DNA of 64,000 nucleotides, from positions 18,414,001 through 18,478,000 of the forward strand of contig NW_026889758.1 of the NCBI RefSeq assembly GCF_033153115.1, in the 5' to 3' direction. Below are positions 60,433 to 64,000 of this stretch, piece after piece (positions within the stretch are counted from its first letter, which is position 1; each line of letters opens with the position of its first letter). The position numbers were made by a program, and so were the translations under genes. The DNA comes from Saccostrea echinata (taxonomy: Eukaryota). Below the pieces are notes generated by a model. The model searched no databases. It was not told the origin of the DNA and worked only from the letters and a program-made list of their open reading frames with translations.

Positions 60433-61479
60433 ACGAAAGCCTATTAGGATCAAACTACGGTAAAAAAAAAAAAATTAAAAGGCGTTATAACGCCATAGAC
60501 ATTAACTTTTAGATTCACTTGTCCTTTGGGCAAGTGATCTCAGACTTGGACTTGTCCGAATGCAAAACTTGGTTGCCCAAAATTAGGGAAGAAAAATATT
60601 ATTTATTACTATAAACTGAGAAGAAAAAATGTGACCAAATACACTACTGTCAACTTGGCAAGTTGAGCTACATAAAAAAGTAATTTCGATGCTTCGTTTG
60701 TACATGTGTATCACTGTCCTTGTCAATTTAATATGCTAACACACTGCCATGCAGCATTATCCCTCCGTTTTCTTTTAATAAACTTCATATTTTTAAAAAT
60801 TAATTTCCGTAGAATCCTTTTGTGAATCGTGATTTTCAGAGATAACAAGCAACAGTAAAGGAAGACAATTGCTATGAAACATACATATCTGGATTGGGAT
60901 ACATCGTGTTACTTATATTCTGTGAATGAATTTCCTAATTAGAAGTTAACAAATTTGTTATAAGTAGAGCGTATTTCTCACGAAAGAAAACAGAATAATG
61001 AACCCGATTTTTAAATGGTCCGTAACGGTATATTCTAGAAACGCTACCAGGATTTCCTAATGTAAATCAATGACAGTCATGCAGGTATCTGGCGGAAATC
61101 AAGTATTTAATTTATTATTGTTTTATTCATAAATTAATGTAAACTGACTAAATATGTACATTTCTATGAGAAAAATTCACTTGCCCGATCGGACAAGTAC
61201 GTTGACAGTTTCACTTGCCCGAAATGAAGATTTACTTGTCCCGGGCAATCGGACAACCGTTAATGTCGATCCCTGTAACGCCTTTTGAAAAGGCGTTATA
61301 ACGCGAAAAAAGGCGTAATAACGCCTTTTCAAAAGGCGTTATAACGCGGGAAAAGGCGTAATAACGCAAATAAAGGCGTAATTACGCCTTTTCAAAAGGC
61401 GTTATAACGCGAAAAAGGCGTAATTACGCCACCTTTTAAATTTTTTTTACCGTAGTTTGATCCTAATAGGCTTTCGTAC
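60433..61479. mobile_element. TIR element with palindromic ggcgttataacgc tandem units, carrying a nested hAT-like insertion (~60493-61275)
   Basis: tacgaaagcctattaggatcaaactacggtaaaaaa is mirrored at about 61442-61479. Nested element ends are gacattaac / gttaatgtcgatccctg with acttgcccga subterminal repeats. Confidence 0.7.
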
Positions 61480-63254
61480 ATTTTCTTTGCGGGTTTTTCG
61501 AAAAGAAGAATTGAGCAAGGTCGAGTCTGTAACACATAAGTATAACCTAGAGCTTTTAGGACAAATATGTTACAGGCACGTAGCAACAGTTTCAGAAGGG
61601 GGGCAATTTCCAAAAAAAATCTGACAAGCAAAAAGTTATTTACTGCCCAAATCCTGGAATTTGCCAGTGCTAGACCTTACAACATCAAACAAAAAGGGGG
61701 GAGACAACCAGCATGTAAAGGAAAATTTACAATAGCAAAAATACTATACTCAGAAAAAAAGTGCCCCCCCCCCCCCCCGGGTTCTAGGGGCCTGTGTTAA
61801 AAATTTGCGGAAAAATTAGCTAGCAACGAAGAAATGTTGGATAACCAATTGGTGTACTGACATATGGCCATTATATATATATAAAACATGGTTTCTCAGA
61901 TACGGAGGTTGTAGAATTTACTTCCTGAAGCCAACCATAGTGGTTTTTGTCATGCGGAGCAATCATAAGCCATGGATGATGCTAAACCTGGTGCTGAGTT
62001 ATTGTCAATTACTGTTTATTGCTGTAAATCATGTTATTGCAGAAAGCGGTTTTAAAACTCGCAAATCTATTTTTTTTAATCAACTCCTATAGGGACTGGT
62101 GTCTCTCGTATTAATGGAGCTGGCGTATCTTTGGCTGATGTATTTTGAATTCAGAAAGGCTCCACCCGTCAAGGTATTTATATATAGTACCTTCCATGTG
62201 GTATTTATATCTTCTACAATTTAATAACATTTAATTAATCTATATTTTTTTTTAAATGTATTTTTTTTTTCAAAGGGACGAGGCTTGCAAGACCCGGGGA
62301 TACATGTAAGCTGGGTTGAAAGTGACGTCAGTGCAAGTACAAGTCCAGACCTAGAAATCAACTTGTAAATGGAGTAAATATCTGCAAACCAACATGTAAA
62401 TGGAGATTCCAAAAAATCAACCTGTAACTGGAGTAAATTGGAGTCCTGGCAGAAAATAACATTATATTAAACATCAAAATTGTATGAAAATCTGTAATTA
62501 AAAGTTATATACGTACTTGTTGCATAGAACACATTCTAAGCGTAAAGAAGTTTGAGAGAGAGAGATTTATATGTCAATTGAGCTCCTCATAAGAATTTTA
62601 CTCGGTGAATTTCAAACGACACCAATAACAATACAGCTGGAGATGAAACAATTACAGAAAGGGTCTTTCTTGAATCGTTGCAATGTGTTTTGTTTGCAGT
62701 TACCCTTTGGTTCTTCATTCTTATGATTTGTTTATAGAATCCCCCCCCCCAAAAAAAAAAACAAAACTTAAATGTTGTGAATAGTGTTTACGTGAACAAA
62801 ATCATTCCAAAGTCAATGAAAATGGTGGTAAGTTCCATTCATTTTCTAGCCAATTGGTATGATAATTCTGATGTGCATGTTCTAGGCAATATAAGGATAT
62901 TTGGTCCCAAATTATTCAAGTCAAAATCTGATTTCGCTGAATGATGCGGATCTCACAGTCCAAAATAAAAATATCAAATATCATACCAATATATTGCAGT
63001 TATCTGCTAATTTAGAGTTTCGGTTCACTATTAATCATATAAAAGCCTTATTTATAACAAGATACTAGTAAAAGGCGTAATAACGCAAAGTAAAATGGCA
63101 TTATAACACAAAATAGGCATAATAACGCGAATCAAAAAAGCGTATTAATGCCATAAAAGGCCTTAATTCAAAACGAAAATTAAACTTTCAAAAAGAGTAT
63201 TAAGCCTTTTGAAAAAAAAGGGCATGCCTCTGTACTATATGACTATAAAATCAT

Positions 63255-64000
63255 GTTTTGCTGGTTATGAGAAGATGATTTTTAAAGATATTTCCTATAT
63301 ATTCCTATGTAAAACATTGATCCATCATTGTTGCTCCACCCTACCACCAGGGGTCGTGATTTCTACACTACTTGAGAATGCTTCCATATCAATATTACTA
63401 ACCATGACTTTGTTATTGAGAAAGTTTTGAAATATTTTCTCCTACATATTCCTATGTCAAACTTTGATCCCCTGAATTGGCTCAATCCTATGAAAAGTTT
63501 AAATATAAAAGTGGTTGGGGGGAGGGTGGGGGGGTATTACAATTTGAATGAACTTCAATCTACACCACCTAAGGATGCTTTTGAATTAATATGACTAAAA
63601 TGGCTTTGCTGTTCTTAAAGAATTTTTAATTGATATATCCTTTTTATTCCTTTGTACAACTATGATCCCCTGTAATGGCCCCTCTATACTCTGGGGGTCA
63701 TGACTTGAACAAATTTGAATCTTCATGAGGATGCTTTTATTTTATAATGACCAATCAAGGCTTTGCTGTTCTTGAGAATAAGATTTTTAATGATCTTTTC
63801 TTCTGTTTTCCTACGTAAAACTTTGATTGCCCACTGTGATCCCACCCTACCTCAGGAGGTCATGATTTGAACAAACTTGAATCTACACTATCTGAGGATG
63901 CTTCCATATAAATATGACCAATCATGGCTTTGTTGTTCTTGAGATAAGATTTTTAAAGATTTTCCCTATGCATTCCTATGTAAAACTTTGATCGCCCACT
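63255..64000 (-). repeat. Cg170-like satellite array (HINE interior), running off the right edge
   Basis: Reverse-complement units of the 22400-23600 array: tcatgatttgaacaaacttgaatctacactatctgaggatgcttcc. Confidence 0.85.

Overview
AT-rich, intron-containing animal genomic DNA, most likely an oyster/bivalve (inferred from Cg170-like satellite units carried in Helentron-type elements). Five complete spliced genes were reconstructed by hand, each with consistent exon phases: ATXN3 (+, 7194-12859), UBAP1 (+, 17457-28803), a divergent SLC25A44-like mitochondrial carrier (-, 38107-41738), an uncharacterised 3xCCCH / RWD-like / CHY zinc-finger protein (-, 48720-52367) and SNRNP48 (-, 55614-57931). 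The 5' end of a calmodulin-like gene runs off the left edge (-, 148-2171, with a probable alternative first exon at 2920-2934). The remainder is dense with mobile DNA: Penelope-like RT fragments, SINEs, a LINE 3' end, Harbinger/hAT/pogo-type MITEs, hairpin elements and satellite-bearing Helentron derivatives. There is one 148-N assembly gap. No prokaryotic-type system, CRISPR array or rRNA was found. The best novelty candidates are the CCCH-RWD-CHY protein, the carrier with eroded gating motifs, the structured 3' RNA of the Penelope-like element, the repeat standing where vertebrate ataxin-3 has polyQ, and two GC-AG introns. All homology calls come from remembered family motifs, not from database searches.
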